64,000 bases of DNA from Trichosphaerium sp. ATCC 40318. Its lineage: Eukaryota > Protista > Tubulinea. Positions 38,801-50,824 of this stretch are shown here, piece by piece (within the stretch, counting starts at the first letter, position 1; every line of letters starts with the position of its first letter). The notes under the pieces were generated by a model, which had not been told where the DNA came from, did not search any database, and was given only the letters and a program-made list of their open reading frames with translations. The stretch is from contig JALMLS010000374.1 of assembly GCA_038496445.1 (NCBI GenBank), positions 62,001 to 126,000 of the forward strand, written 5' to 3'. The position numbers and the translations under genes are program-made.

Positions 38801-40168
38801 AAAGACATCGCCCTCTCCTATGAAAATGTAAATTTAGAAGTGTATTTTATTCAGAGCGCACGTGTCAATGCCAAAGAATGATGATAGCCAGCTGATACCT
38901 TTTTGGATAAAAAAAATTAGTACTTTGAAAAATAGAGAATGTAACAGGTTTCAACGCACTTGTGTGAAGCATCTTTTTGGATACGTTAGCTCCTTTGGTT
39001 TGAAAACCCTCTTGTCGTTATTTCCTATACCCAGTTGACCTAAAGCATTTGCTCCCCAAGCCATAATTGTTCCGGTTTCTTAATATCCAGTGTTAGTTTA
39101 ATACTACAATTCTTAAGGAACTAACGTGTTATAGCGAGACTGTGATCATGTCCTGCTGATGTATAAATAATATATTTATCCTCTAGTAAAGGTATCTCAC
39201 AAGGGAACTGATGAGAAACGAGATCTCCATGACCAAGCTTTCCAAGATTACCATAACCCCAGGATGCAACACGATAACTCTCCTTATCGTCTACATCAGG
39301 CTCAAGATTCTTCAAGTCGAATTTAAATGGCCCAGACAGAACAATTTCTATTATCGTTCCTGATGTTTTCCTATCGGCGACACCTACGCAATGTATAAGA
39401 GAAACGTGATGCAAAAGTGAAAAACAATAAAAAAATAAGAAACGAACCAACTGTTGGATACACAAACTGACAACCATCCTTTGCAAGTGTACAAAGAGTG
39501 CCTATAAATTTACCCTGACGGGTAAAGAATACTTTACCAGAAGGATACATGCCAACACCAACGACAGCGCCTAACAACAAAATCATCAAAAGAGGCCTAA
39601 ACACAAAACACAAAACACAAAACAATAATTTTACCTTTGTTATTGAACGGGTTTGTGAAGTCTCTAGCGATCCCTGCATCTACGAATAGCTTACCATCAT
39701 CTGAGTGTACACCAATAGAGTCCTCAGACCAACCTTAAACAGCATTTAAAAAAAACACAATTAAGAAAGAACTAAGACCGTTAAAAATAGTTTGCATACA
39801 AATAAAAAATTAATGGCCGGCGTTGGTTTGTATAAACGATTAACGTGTTTGTGTATCTACCTGGCATTTTATCCTTTAACTCATAATTATCAGCTGTCAA
39901 CCCTATTCCGATAGCGTCGGAGCACTGTTCAATGTTTACTTCAAAGTAAGAGACTGTTGATGCGTTTGTAATATCCCATGGTTTATTTGTACGGATTGAG
40001 CCTGAAAATAGCGTAAATACACGCTGATTATTGATTGAGAGCGATTTTTGATCACTTACAGTACTTTAGAGCCGGTCGGTACCATTCCACTCTAAATCGT
40101 CCTGCAGCGCTTGTTTGTACGTTAGGCGCATCCTCAGGGTGATGTACAATCTCCACACGGTGCTTCAT
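35885..40168 (-). CDS. SPRY + RCC1 repeats + PARP-like ADP-ribosyltransferase + coiled-coil/basic tail, multi-exon
   Basis: SPRY: YFEVNIE...IGIGL...MPGWSEDSIGVHSDDGKLF...VFFTRQG. RCC1: SWGYGNLGKLGHG, SAGHDHSLAI, IAAGWRHALAL. ART: VHGT...FYGRGMYFTTHVPYAAGY...GYQSHY...YDELVVFQESQVLPRYVI. Confidence 0.85.
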
Positions 40169-40568
40169 GGTTGCTGAGCCGAGTACACAAAAAATCTAAA
40201 ATTAACTAGTTTTTCACCAAATTCTTCTCAGTTTTGGTATGTATTTCACGGGAACTTGGGACTATTTTAACCAAAATTTCAAACATCTCAAGGTAAGGTT
40301 TTTAAGCTCCCGTTTTAAATAACTATGAGCGGGTGGGTATTCCGAGTTAATGAACGGTGAGTTGCGATCGTGTAAATGCCACGTGATACTACTTTTACTA
40401 ACCGATACAACATTACAAGACATTCACTGGAACACAAGCAGATGTACCTAGCTAAAAGTTATTTTTTGCTTGTGTAGTCTTGGGATTTTTTTGTTACGTA
40501 AGATAGTGCCAACTATGAACTACAGTGAGCTACAGCGCTTTCCATTCAATGATAACAGTTTTTTATTG

Positions 40569-43065
40569 TTACAAAGTATCAATACCCTTCTCTGGTTCCT
40601 CTTCGCTGTCCTCATCTAATGTCATTCGTATTTTATCTGCCTTCTCAGTATCTTCTTTAGTGGTTTCCTCGTCTTCATCCTCTGAATCCTCAGAGTCTTC
40701 TTTTGGATCGTCTTCTCCTTTTGAATCGTTCGATTCAACCAGCTTATTACCTTTCAAGTCAACAACAACCCAATCACTTCTTAAAGCTTCTATTGGCTCA
40801 TTTTTACCACCTGCTTTTGCCAATGCTTTAATGTCAAAGTTTGGATCTCCATCGATTGGTTTAGCTGATTTTTTCATTTTGTTATGTGTATCTAGCATGT
40901 ATTCAACAAGTGTTGGGTTCCATGAATCTAGAACATAATTAAGTAAGCGAGAAATGCATTACAAGAGAAAAAAAACGAAGAAAAAAATAAGAATCTTGTT
41001 ACGCACCTGACACGTCTTCATCACCTTCAGAGACTACTAAAGTTATTTTAAAGTCATCTGATATCCTACACAAATAATTAGAACACTATATATTGAGAGA
41101 GCAGCGAACCAAGAGAATGTCTTGAACGACTTTCAAAAAAATCTTACCTGCTATCTTTATAAGCAATATCCATATCTTGTTTTGTAAAAGCAACATCTCC
41201 ATTTTCATCATGTTTTAAGAATGCCGTATTAAATGACAAACGGACCAGAGACTCCCTAAAAACCGTCAGAAAAGACGAATCCAAAAAACAAAACAAAAAT
41301 TCCAAATACAAAGATTCTCAAATGAAGACCTGATCAACTTACCGCTTTGTACCAAGCAAAGCGCTTCCGCCAATATGATACAATTTCATTACAATATCCC
41401 CTTTCAGCTCTATGCCACTTGTATCAAACCTCATTACCTTGTATAAACGTCAAAAGAGGCTAAACCCAAAACCAAATAACACTCACTCCATCTTGTGGTA
41501 AGTAATTTGTAGCTTTTTCACGTTTTGTCTCTGAACAGAATAGTGTATTCTCTTTGTTTTTAGAGCAATTGTAGATATATAAGAGAGGTCGGATACCTAC
41601 ATTACATTAGCCCCAATCACTGGAACCAACCTCCAACAATAAACAAAACCCAAGCTTGGAAAAAAGAGGCAAAAAAGATGAAAACTTTCAGACATACCAC
41701 CGCCTCCAATAATAGGTATAGGTCCTATCCTGACTGCATTGAGTCTAGAAATAATATTAAAACAAACAATAAGAAGACTAAAGTCCTTTACCTGAAGTAT
41801 TTTGGGCGTGGATCTTCACCTTGCATAATTCTGCCAAAGTAACGAATGTATCTAAATACCATGTAAGCCAAAAAAACGTGAACAGCCTAAAAAGACTACT
41901 GAGAGCGAGATCTATGCAAAAACTATGTTTTACAATACAGTCATGTATGTTATTTTGACAAACGACAAAAAAGAAGAAAGAATTGAAAAAAAAAAAAGGT
42001 GTGCCTTCGTTGTGATGGTTGTCGCACTCCAACCTGATTATGCGACCGACGGATACCGTAAAACTTCATGGCATTGTCTATATGTAAAAATTTTGATATA
42101 TACATGAGGTAACTTATAACCACAGTTCCTAATTTAGTTCGTCAAATGAGCGAAGAAATCAACAAAAAATGAACCACGAAAAACCTAAAAAAGGAGCGTG
42201 TCTACTCTAATAAAATGCATCCAAATGTATGCCTACCTGTACGACCACGACCAGCGAGGCAGTGTACAACAGCAACGTTTTCTTGGCTAACAGAAAGCCA
42301 AGAATGAAGGGATTTTACTATTTTGAATAATAAGGGAAGTGGCGGCGCGTGATGATCAGGCCACCCGACATCCAATACCTGTAACGTATTAATAAAACCG
42401 TGAAAACATAGTATTGATTTAGAAAATATCTTTGAAAGATTCAAACACGTGATTTTTGGGAAAGGTAGACTAAAAACGTGAAGAGAGTATACAGCGTAGT
42501 TTGGCATGTTTTCTTTTTTGCTATCTACGCGCGTAGCTCTTCACTAGAATATGAAGGTAATTAATGTTACCTTATTGTGGAATGACTCTGTATCGTATTT
42601 GCGTTGGCTGAGATTAAATATCTATTTTTTTTTGTAAATTGATTTATATTTTTTTCCAAATCTATTGTACCAAGTAATGATCCCTGTGACGTTCGTTTAA
42701 CATTGCCGAGACGTGACTTATATCATTTCTGTATGTAGCTTCAATACCAGTTGCTGGGAAACCCATAGCTAAGTGGTTTTAGTATTTAAAAGGCGTAGGA
42801 GGTAAGTTACCAATGATTTGCGGCGTTATATAGCCCAAATCCTAAAGATCGGCGGTTAGCGTTAGAAATAATACACGCATATTATTACCAAATCGTATCG
42901 GCCATCATTAACTACTTGAAGGTTACTCTCGATACAGAAAATTGTAAAACAATTTAAAACGCGTCAAGTGACTATATACAGTTTTGCGCGTTGCTTTTTG
43001 TTCAATACAAGTAACTTACACCGTTTTTTGTCTTGGCTGACTTTCTGCTTTATAAATGTGTACAT
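40569..43065 (-). CDS. PTEN-family phosphatase with C2 domain and acidic tail, multi-exon
   Basis: KVSQDKKR...YDLDLGYITPQIIAMGFPA...YRND...GWPDHHAPP...VHCLAGRGRTG...PSQRRYIRYF, then C2 (LKGDIVMKLYH, SFNTAF). Orthology to true PTEN is not certain. Confidence 0.9.
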
Positions 43066-44256
43066 CAAGCGAACAATTTGATGCCAGTCGCGATAGCCTA
43101 TTTAAGAAACCTGCCTAATAGGCCAAACGATAAGTGCCTCCGGTCAACCATGGTCGCAAGCCAACAGATTTGAATACTGTTTTGATTGCATCGATTCTTG
43201 GTTGAAACCTAAGGGTAAAAAGTCTATCATGACAGGTACTAGATGAATGACACGCAAGAATTTTGTGATGTTGTTTCTTTTTTTTCTTTATACAAGTGTT
43301 GATGTTACATAAAATAGTCTGATACGTCATGTAAGAAAGCCCAATAAAAATGTTGATAAATTGAGTAGTAACTCCAAATCCTTTCGACCTTATAGAACGC
43401 AGATATTGGCCTATCAACCAGGTAACCAAAATCGAAATTGTGGGCTAGTGGATAAAAGAATATGCAGAAAACGTATACTGAGCGTGTAAAGAAAGATGAA
43501 GTGATTACCAGCTGATATTAGTAAGCGAAATTGTTTAGTGACACGAACAATAAGTGAAATCTTGTTTATTGAGTGACAACGTACCTTTTTTAAGTCTTCT
43601 TCCTTTGAAGTTGATGCGTATAGCTGAAGTGCACCTAAAGGTAGGCACTGACAAGCGAAAATATCCTGACAGTTGTATAAGCCTACGAAAAGCTAGCATT
43701 GCGTTATACGTACCCACATCAAGTAATAATCAAGTGTTCTGAACATTACTACGCTTTTGTTAGCCAAAACGCTTGTATTAATATAATATTGATCTACGTA
43801 CTGTCTGAAGCGGAATATAAATGCTGAAACACCATAGTAGGTGATAGCAAAGCAGCAATACCGTAAGTTACGTTTATTATGCCATGCAGGCGAAGAACGC
43901 CCTCACGACTACCCCATAAGCCAGTGACGAGCACCTGCCACACTTTCTCGGCTGTCTCCATTTAAAATACGCGTGGATACAAGCGATGGTTATATACAGG
44001 AGTGACACAGCAGGACGCTGAACTTAGTTCGCTACAAACAAAAAAAAAACCGAAAAAGTTTTGTACGGTATTTTCCCTCAAGATGTAATGTCAAGTCATT
44101 TCAGAGGAAGCCGAAATATTTCAGCATGCTTGTTGTGAGACAGTGTTTTTATGGTGTACATGTACTCCTTGAGAAGGTTTGATGAACGGGTTCTTTAAGT
44201 GTTTTTTGTAGAAATTTAAAGATTTTTTTGTTGTTCTTTTTTACACCCTGTACAAC

Positions 44257-47084
44257 ATGTCTGCCCTCAAGCTCGTTAGCAAGGACGCTCAAATTGCCAG
44301 CGCACAGCATGCTCTGCTCATTAATATTAACTCAGCGAAGAGCTTGCAAAAAATTCTCGCCTCTAACCTAGGACCAAGAGGAACACTCAAAATGTACGAT
44401 ATACCGTAATTTGGAGCGATTTGAAGCGCTCAGGGGCACTAAACACTGATTTTCCTCACACGGCTTCAAGGTTGGTTTCTGGTGCTGGCGATATTAAATT
44501 GACAAAGGATGGAAACGTATTACTCAAAGAAATGGTGCGTACATTAGCCATCAACGCTGTATTCTAGATCTCGCCTAAATCGCAGTTATTTTCATCTAAG
44601 TAATTTACTAGCACATAAACCACCCTACCGCCAGTTTAATCGCTCGCAGCGCTGTAGCACAAGATAAAATTACAGGTGATGGTACAACGTCCAATGTCAT
44701 CATTATTGGCGAAATCCTCTCCCAAGTAAGCGACAACGTACTATTACATCGCGTCTGACACTTTTCAGGCTAGCCGATGGTTGGCAGAAGGTGTTCACCC
44801 ACGGGCTCTCGCAGACGGTATCCACCTCGCTGAGCGAAAGGCATTGGAATTTTTAGACAAATGCGCCATCCAAAAGGTAAGCGTCACTGGTTTAACGCGG
44901 GTTTTCAAATGTTTTTTTTAATTTTTCTATGTGACTGACAGGTACGCTTTTAGAAACCAGAAGAGATGACCAACGAACTCTTGTCATGCGTAGCAAACGC
45001 ATCTTTGGCAACTAAAGTTCATGCCAAGCTCGCTAACGTTTTAACGCCTGTTGTTGTTGATGCCATTCTATGCGTCAAACAAGGTGAAAAACCAATCGAT
45101 TTACACATGGTACGATACTAGATTCTCGCGAAATAGAAAAACGCACAACTCCTTAAGCGCGGATTTTCTATCTTGCTTAAAATTAGATTGCAACTTTCTT
45201 TTACTCGATACTCTTGTTTTGACGTAATGTATAGGTTGAAATCCAAGCTATGCAACATAAATCAGATGTAGACACTCAACTAGTAAAGGGTTTAGTATTG
45301 GATCACGGTCCTAGACACCCAGAGATGCCAAAACGTCTTAAAAACGTACTTTAATTTTATTTCATTTACATCGCTTTCTTTTCATCTCATTTTTATAACT
45401 AGTGCTTTATTCTCACCTGTAACGTATCCCTTGAGTTCGAGAAAGCTGATACTAACAATGGTACGTCATTTTTCTCCAACAAAGTTTTATTTTCTCGGTT
45501 GTTTGTTTTTTTTTCGATTTTTTGTTTAAATGATGAAACAACGACGGTCTTCGTAAGTTCTTTGACGATGAAACTCAAACCCATAGATAGCTGATTTTAA
45601 ACCCCTCATTTAATAAGAAAATGTTTTAAAGCAACATGCTGGGCATGTATTTATTATTTTTTTTTTCTTTAGAAGCCAGTTGGGAATCTGCTGAACAACG
45701 TCAGAAACTCGTTGAAGGTGAACGTAAATTTTGTGATGATAAGGTAAGAAAGATCATCGAACTTAAGAGACAAGTATGTGATACTGAAGACAAAGGATTC
45801 GTCATTATCAACCAAAAGGTAAGCGCTTTAAAACATAAAAACTACACAAATTTGGACCAAGCTTCTTTTTTGTGGAGATGTTTCAGCTAATCTTTCTTTG
45901 TAGGGTATTGACCCTATGAGCCTTGATATGCTCGCTAAAGAAGGTATTATGGCCCTCAGACGTGCTAAGCGTAGAAACATGGAACGTCTCATGCTTGCCT
46001 GTGGCGGGTACGTCTGTTTTCTTTTTTTTTTTAATGTTCGTTTTTAACATTTTTCCTTTAGTACTGCCGTAAACTCCTTGGAAGATATTTCCCCAGAAGT
46101 TTTGGGTCAAGCCGGTACTGTTTACACTCAAGTTCTCGGAGAGGAGAAATACACTTTTGTAAAGGACGTCAAAAATCCAAACTCTTGCAGTATCTTGATT
46201 AAAGGTACGAAGCTTGAAGTATTCTGGTTTTATCGCTTTTTTTTTAAAAGGATTTTTTTTGACTTTCTCTCTAGGTCCTAACAAGCATACTATCTATCAA
46301 ATTAAGGATGCTATCCGTGATGGTCTTCGTGCTGTTAAAAACACCATTGATGATAAATGTGTTGTCCCTGTACGCCTTCTTTCTTGAACATTTTCAAAAT
46401 CAATCAATTTTTTTTTTTTTTTTTGAAATGTTTCTTTATTTCGCTGTTCGGTGAACTGTACTCGCTCGATTCTGACGCCGGTTTTTAGGGTGGTGGTGCT
46501 TTTGAAATGGCATGTTCTGCTTTCTTGCATGAATTTGCTTCATCTGTAGAAGGCCGTAAACGTCTTGGTGTAGAATGCCTTGCAGATGCTCTCTTGGCTA
46601 TCCCAAAGACTCTTGCTGTTAACTCTGGTATTGACCAAATTGATGCATTGTTGGCACTTAAATCTGAACATAAAAAGGGTCACTGCGTTGGGTATGTTAT
46701 CATGATGAAAGAAACAAAATTGATTTTTACTATTTTTCTCTCATCTCTTTTTCTCGCCTTGTGTTTTCTCTTTTTTTTCTTCTTCTGTGCGTGCACATTA
46801 CGGCTTCTTGGATGGCGCTCTACGGATATTAAACGTAGTTTTTCCTTCTGCAGGAGCCAATATATTACTTTGAAAAAAACAATTAGAATAATAAGTTTCA
46901 AGCTCGTTCTTACTGTTTTATTTAAAGACTTGATATCTGGAGTGGTAAGCCAATGTCCCCTGAAGCTGCTGGCGTCTATGATATTTACAGAGTTAAAAGA
47001 CAACTTCTTCACTCTGCTATCAGTGTTGCAACGAATTTGCTTTTGGTAGACGAGATTCTACAGGCTGGTAAAGCTAAACAATAA
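44257..47084 (+). CDS. CCT6: Chaperonin CCT/TRiC subunit zeta
   Basis: [93 protein letters not shown]. Confidence 0.97.
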
Positions 47085-47321
47085 AGCAAAAAAAAAGTTC
47101 TTAATTATCATGTCTTTCTTTGTTCTCCTTTACTTCTGTTTGTATATCTCGATGGTTGTTGCAACTAGTAACACGCGTGAAGCGTGAATAATAGTACAAT
47201 CAGGAGGGTTGTCATCTACGAGAGACGTCAAACATGATTGCTGTTAAAGTAGTTCACTGAACAATCGGGGTTTTGTGCCACCTATTTATTACAAGTTAAT
47301 AATACAACACACGTACAAGCA

Positions 47322-47912
47322 ATGAATGAAGTATTGCCTGGTCTGTTTTTAGTACGTCATAAACAATTCTGTCCATTCATACATTTCTTTTCATTAAAAC
47401 CACATTCTAACGCACTGAAAGGGCTCAAGAAGCGATGCTAACGATAAAAAAGCGCTTGATAAAAATAAAATAACCCATATTGTGATGATATGCGATACAA
47501 TGCCTTTTCCTCCATTCGTAGACTGTTTTAAGTACAAAGTACTTACATTCTGGGATAATGAAAAGACAAACATCCGGGAACACTTTCAAGAGTGTAATAT
47601 GTTCATTTCAGAAGCGCTAGAGAACAAAGGACGAGTTTTAGTTCATTGGTATGTAAGAAGAGCAAAATACTTTGAACATAATTTAAACGAAAATGTGACT
47701 CGTTAATTGTGGTTTGTAGTGGCGCTGGAGCAAGTAGAGCACCTACTATAGTTATTGCATACATGATGAATGTTGAAGGTTACGATATAAAACAAGCTAT
47801 AGATCACATTAGAACCGTGAGGCCGTTTGTAGAGCCAAATGATGGATTTATGAAACAACTCAAAACATATGAAGGAGAGATTCTTCGCAACCCAGGAACT
47901 GTAGATACGTAG
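47322..47912 (+). CDS. Atypical dual-specificity protein phosphatase, 3 exons
   Basis: MNEVLPGLFL|GS...VLVHCGAGASRAPTIVIAYMM...RPFVEPNDGFMKQL. Confidence 0.92.
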
Positions 47913-48110
47913 ATTTAAGGGTATACTTCTATTTAGTGTAATCTATATTCTTTGTAATACAATATGCTCAAATGGAGCTACACGTGGTTTCCTTTTCTGG
48001 CGTACAATATTGGTTTCTGATCGAATTTGGAAGGCCTAAACTACTGTTCAACCTTATCACGTTAGAACACATGTGCGAAATAACAGTATTTGTTAAAAGT
48101 GCATGCATTT

Positions 48111-48339
48111 TATTGTATTCCACGTTGTTGTTGGCCGTATCTAGCAATAAAGGGGTCGTCGCGCATAGTCTCAATTGTTTTTTCTTTTCCTTTACAAACT
48201 TCGTTTTGCTTGTATTTTGGAAGCCAGTCAGTTTCTCCGTGTTCCCACCTGCAGAGGTTGCCGTATCCACAATGTCCGGTTTCATAGTAACTCCGGCAGC
48301 GATTGGGATTGTAGTAAAATTGAGGTATGTTTGTGTTTT
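48111..48339 (-). CDS. Exon encoding a CCCH zinc finger resembling that of Cwc24/RNF113 (incomplete gene or remnant)
   Basis: After a TTTAG acceptor: QFYYNPNRCRSYYETGHCGYGNLCRWEHGETDWLPK (C-x8-C-x5-C-x3-H). No clear start exon and no RING domain found. Confidence 0.55.
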
Positions 48340-48593
48340 GCTAAAGAACAGCTGTTAGAGACAGTCAAGACTGATTTTTTTCAAATGAAAAGAAGAATTG
48401 GAAAAAGATTTGCTGTTTACAATTACACTTCAAAATCATCGCCTTTTTATTTTCCCTCCCGTGCCTTGAAAAAACTGTTTTTATAAGGAAATAAAACACA
48501 AGGTCTTACTGTGCAACACTAGAGTGCGTTTTTTTACAATAGCCTAGCTTTTTACTCGCTAAACCACAATCTTTCCTAATTACGTATTACCAG

Positions 48594-49866
48594 GCCATTT
48601 GAATTGCTTCAGCTACCGACAGAAATTATATTTTGTATTCTGGCGTTTTTGGGCAAGAAATGCCGTATATCTGCCACGTTTGTTTGTAAACTCTTTTCTA
48701 CAATCATTTTAAATCATTTGGGGTATTTAACGGTGACTGTCAAGTCAAGAGAAAATCTAGTCACGCTGTGTGGAAGTCCTCTTTTGAAAAATACTAAAAT
48801 ACTTGTTAATCGTTTGAAAATGACTGATGATGACTTTAAAAATCTCTCTGGTGTCCACCACCTTGAAATAAAAGATCAGAGGATTTCATTTACAGATGTT
48901 ATGTTAGAACATATTTCAGGTGTACATCATCTGCAACTACGAATAAGAAAATTTCGATGCAAGTTCATACATTTGGGATTTAAATCACTTCATGGTATTC
49001 ATACAATTGATGTTACACGTACAAATATAAGAGATAAAGGACTTGAAGCGCTTGCTGGGGTTCACACCATTAACTTAACATATTGCTACTATATTACAGA
49101 CAAAGGTGTCATTGCCATTGCAGGTAGTGTACACAAGATAAAGCTTGACCACTGTTGTATTACAGATAAAAGTGTAAGAGCACTAACAAATGCAACTGAA
49201 ATATCTTTTGGTGGGTGTAAACTCATTACAGATGAAGGAGTAAAGTATCTGCTAACACAAAATCAAACAACAAACAAAATCAAAAAAATTAATCTTAATC
49301 GCTGTACTCAAATATCAAACAATGTGTTACAACTTTTGGCTGGTATACCTTGTATAGGGCTTGGTTATACACATATTAAAGATGATACTCTATCATGTTT
49401 GGTAGGAGTATATACCATTGCCTTGGCTGGTTGTAGATTAGTAACAAATGATGGGATAAAACAATTGGCAGGTGTAAAAGTCATTGATATTTCGTATCTT
49501 GATTGTGTCGATGATACTACTTTGAAGGCACTTGCTGGAGTACATGCAATTTTTCTTAATCGCACATCTGTGACAGATGAAGGTTTAAGATACTTGGTTG
49601 GTGTTAAAGTCATAAGCCTTCACAATTGTAACCACATAACAGACAAAGGAGTGAACAGTCTTATTGGTGTTAAGCAATTATCTCTAGACTACTGCTCACA
49701 AATCACAGATGATGGAATTGTTGGTTTAACAAGCCTTGATTACATTTATTGTGATGGTACTCAAATAAAAAAGAAGATGGTTGACTCTCTAGGATGCATT
49801 TTAAAAATCACAAACCAGTCCTTTAATATGTGGCAAGAAGCGTTTTCCTCTACGTATTTGCCATAG
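48594..49866 (+). CDS. F-box/LRR protein, copy C (long exon intact; first exon/start not resolved)
   Basis: Acceptor cag|g at 48593/48594, then PFELLQLPTEIIFCILAFL. Paralogue of A and B with one repeat fewer. Confidence 0.85.
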
Positions 49867-50113
49867 AAACTTGCTTACTCAAAACTGTATATTTACACTC
49901 TAGATTTGTAAGGATGCTTAAGTCATGTAATGTAATGATACTTACTACACAACCTTACCCACTATACTCGAACATCCACACCTCTTTCAGTGGCGACACA
50001 AGCAGCATTTAAAACTGCATGGGCAGAGCCCATAGATTCCAAGTCTCTTCAACATTAAAGCAATATTGTAAATAGCACAATACACAAGACATTCTTACAA
50101 AACTCTTTTGACT

Positions 50114-50824
50114 TTATTGGTCAGTACATGTACCAATGACATAGACGCTTTGCTGTTTCAATGTACCACTCTTTGTCCAAAACTTATACTGTCCATGACG
50201 TATTCCATTAACATATGTGCACTCCTTTTTCAGTTGGCCATTATCATACCATTCCATTTCTAATCCATGTAGTTTACCTTTAACACGATGACAAAGTCTT
50301 AATAATTGTCCGTTCTTAAACCATTCCTTGTGATCACCTTCTTGTTTACCATTAGCGATTTGAAACTTATCCCACATTTGACCGTTTGTATGCCATCGTT
50401 TAAACTCTCCATCACCAATATCATTGACAATAAGCTCCTCAGCTATTTGACCATTTGCATACCATTTACGTTGTCCGTTAAGCTTACCATGTTTCCAATA
50501 ATATTCTTGTCGTATTGTAGTTATCCATGGTAAGACTTGCTTCGAAACGTGGTTTGTTGCATCATGTATAACCCATTTTCCATGTTTTTTTAGCTCATAA
50601 TCAAATCGAGTTGTCACTGCTGCATCCTTAGATAACATTGGCCACCTTAAATATACTTCGACGTCTAAAGAGATAATAGATAATTGTAACTCCATTGGAA
50701 GTATCAAAAGAAGGTTCTCACGTGGTGTTGACGTATTAGCCTAGCCACAGTTCAGTGATAAACAATAAATACAATCAATTCAAAAAACTGATAAAACAAC
50801 AAGCACCTTGCGCTCAAGCGCCAT
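50114..50824 (-). CDS. F-box-like N-terminus plus MORN-variant (YwqK-like) repeats (intron 50741-50806)
   Basis: MALERK|ANT...LLILPMELQLSIISLD, then repeats G.xxxW(Y/H/F)xNGQ: KWYANGQ, RWHTNGQ, EWFKNGQ, EWYDNGQ. Confidence 0.85.

Noticed and set aside
45400-45700. CCT6 segment [17 protein letters not shown] differs from the usual EKTEVNSGFFY
   Set aside because: Length and frame are preserved, so no missing exon is needed; ordinary divergence.
9529-49866. Diversity-generating retroelement as the cause of LRR variation
   Set aside because: Differences are not confined to adenines, and no reverse transcriptase or template/variable repeat pair is visible in the window.
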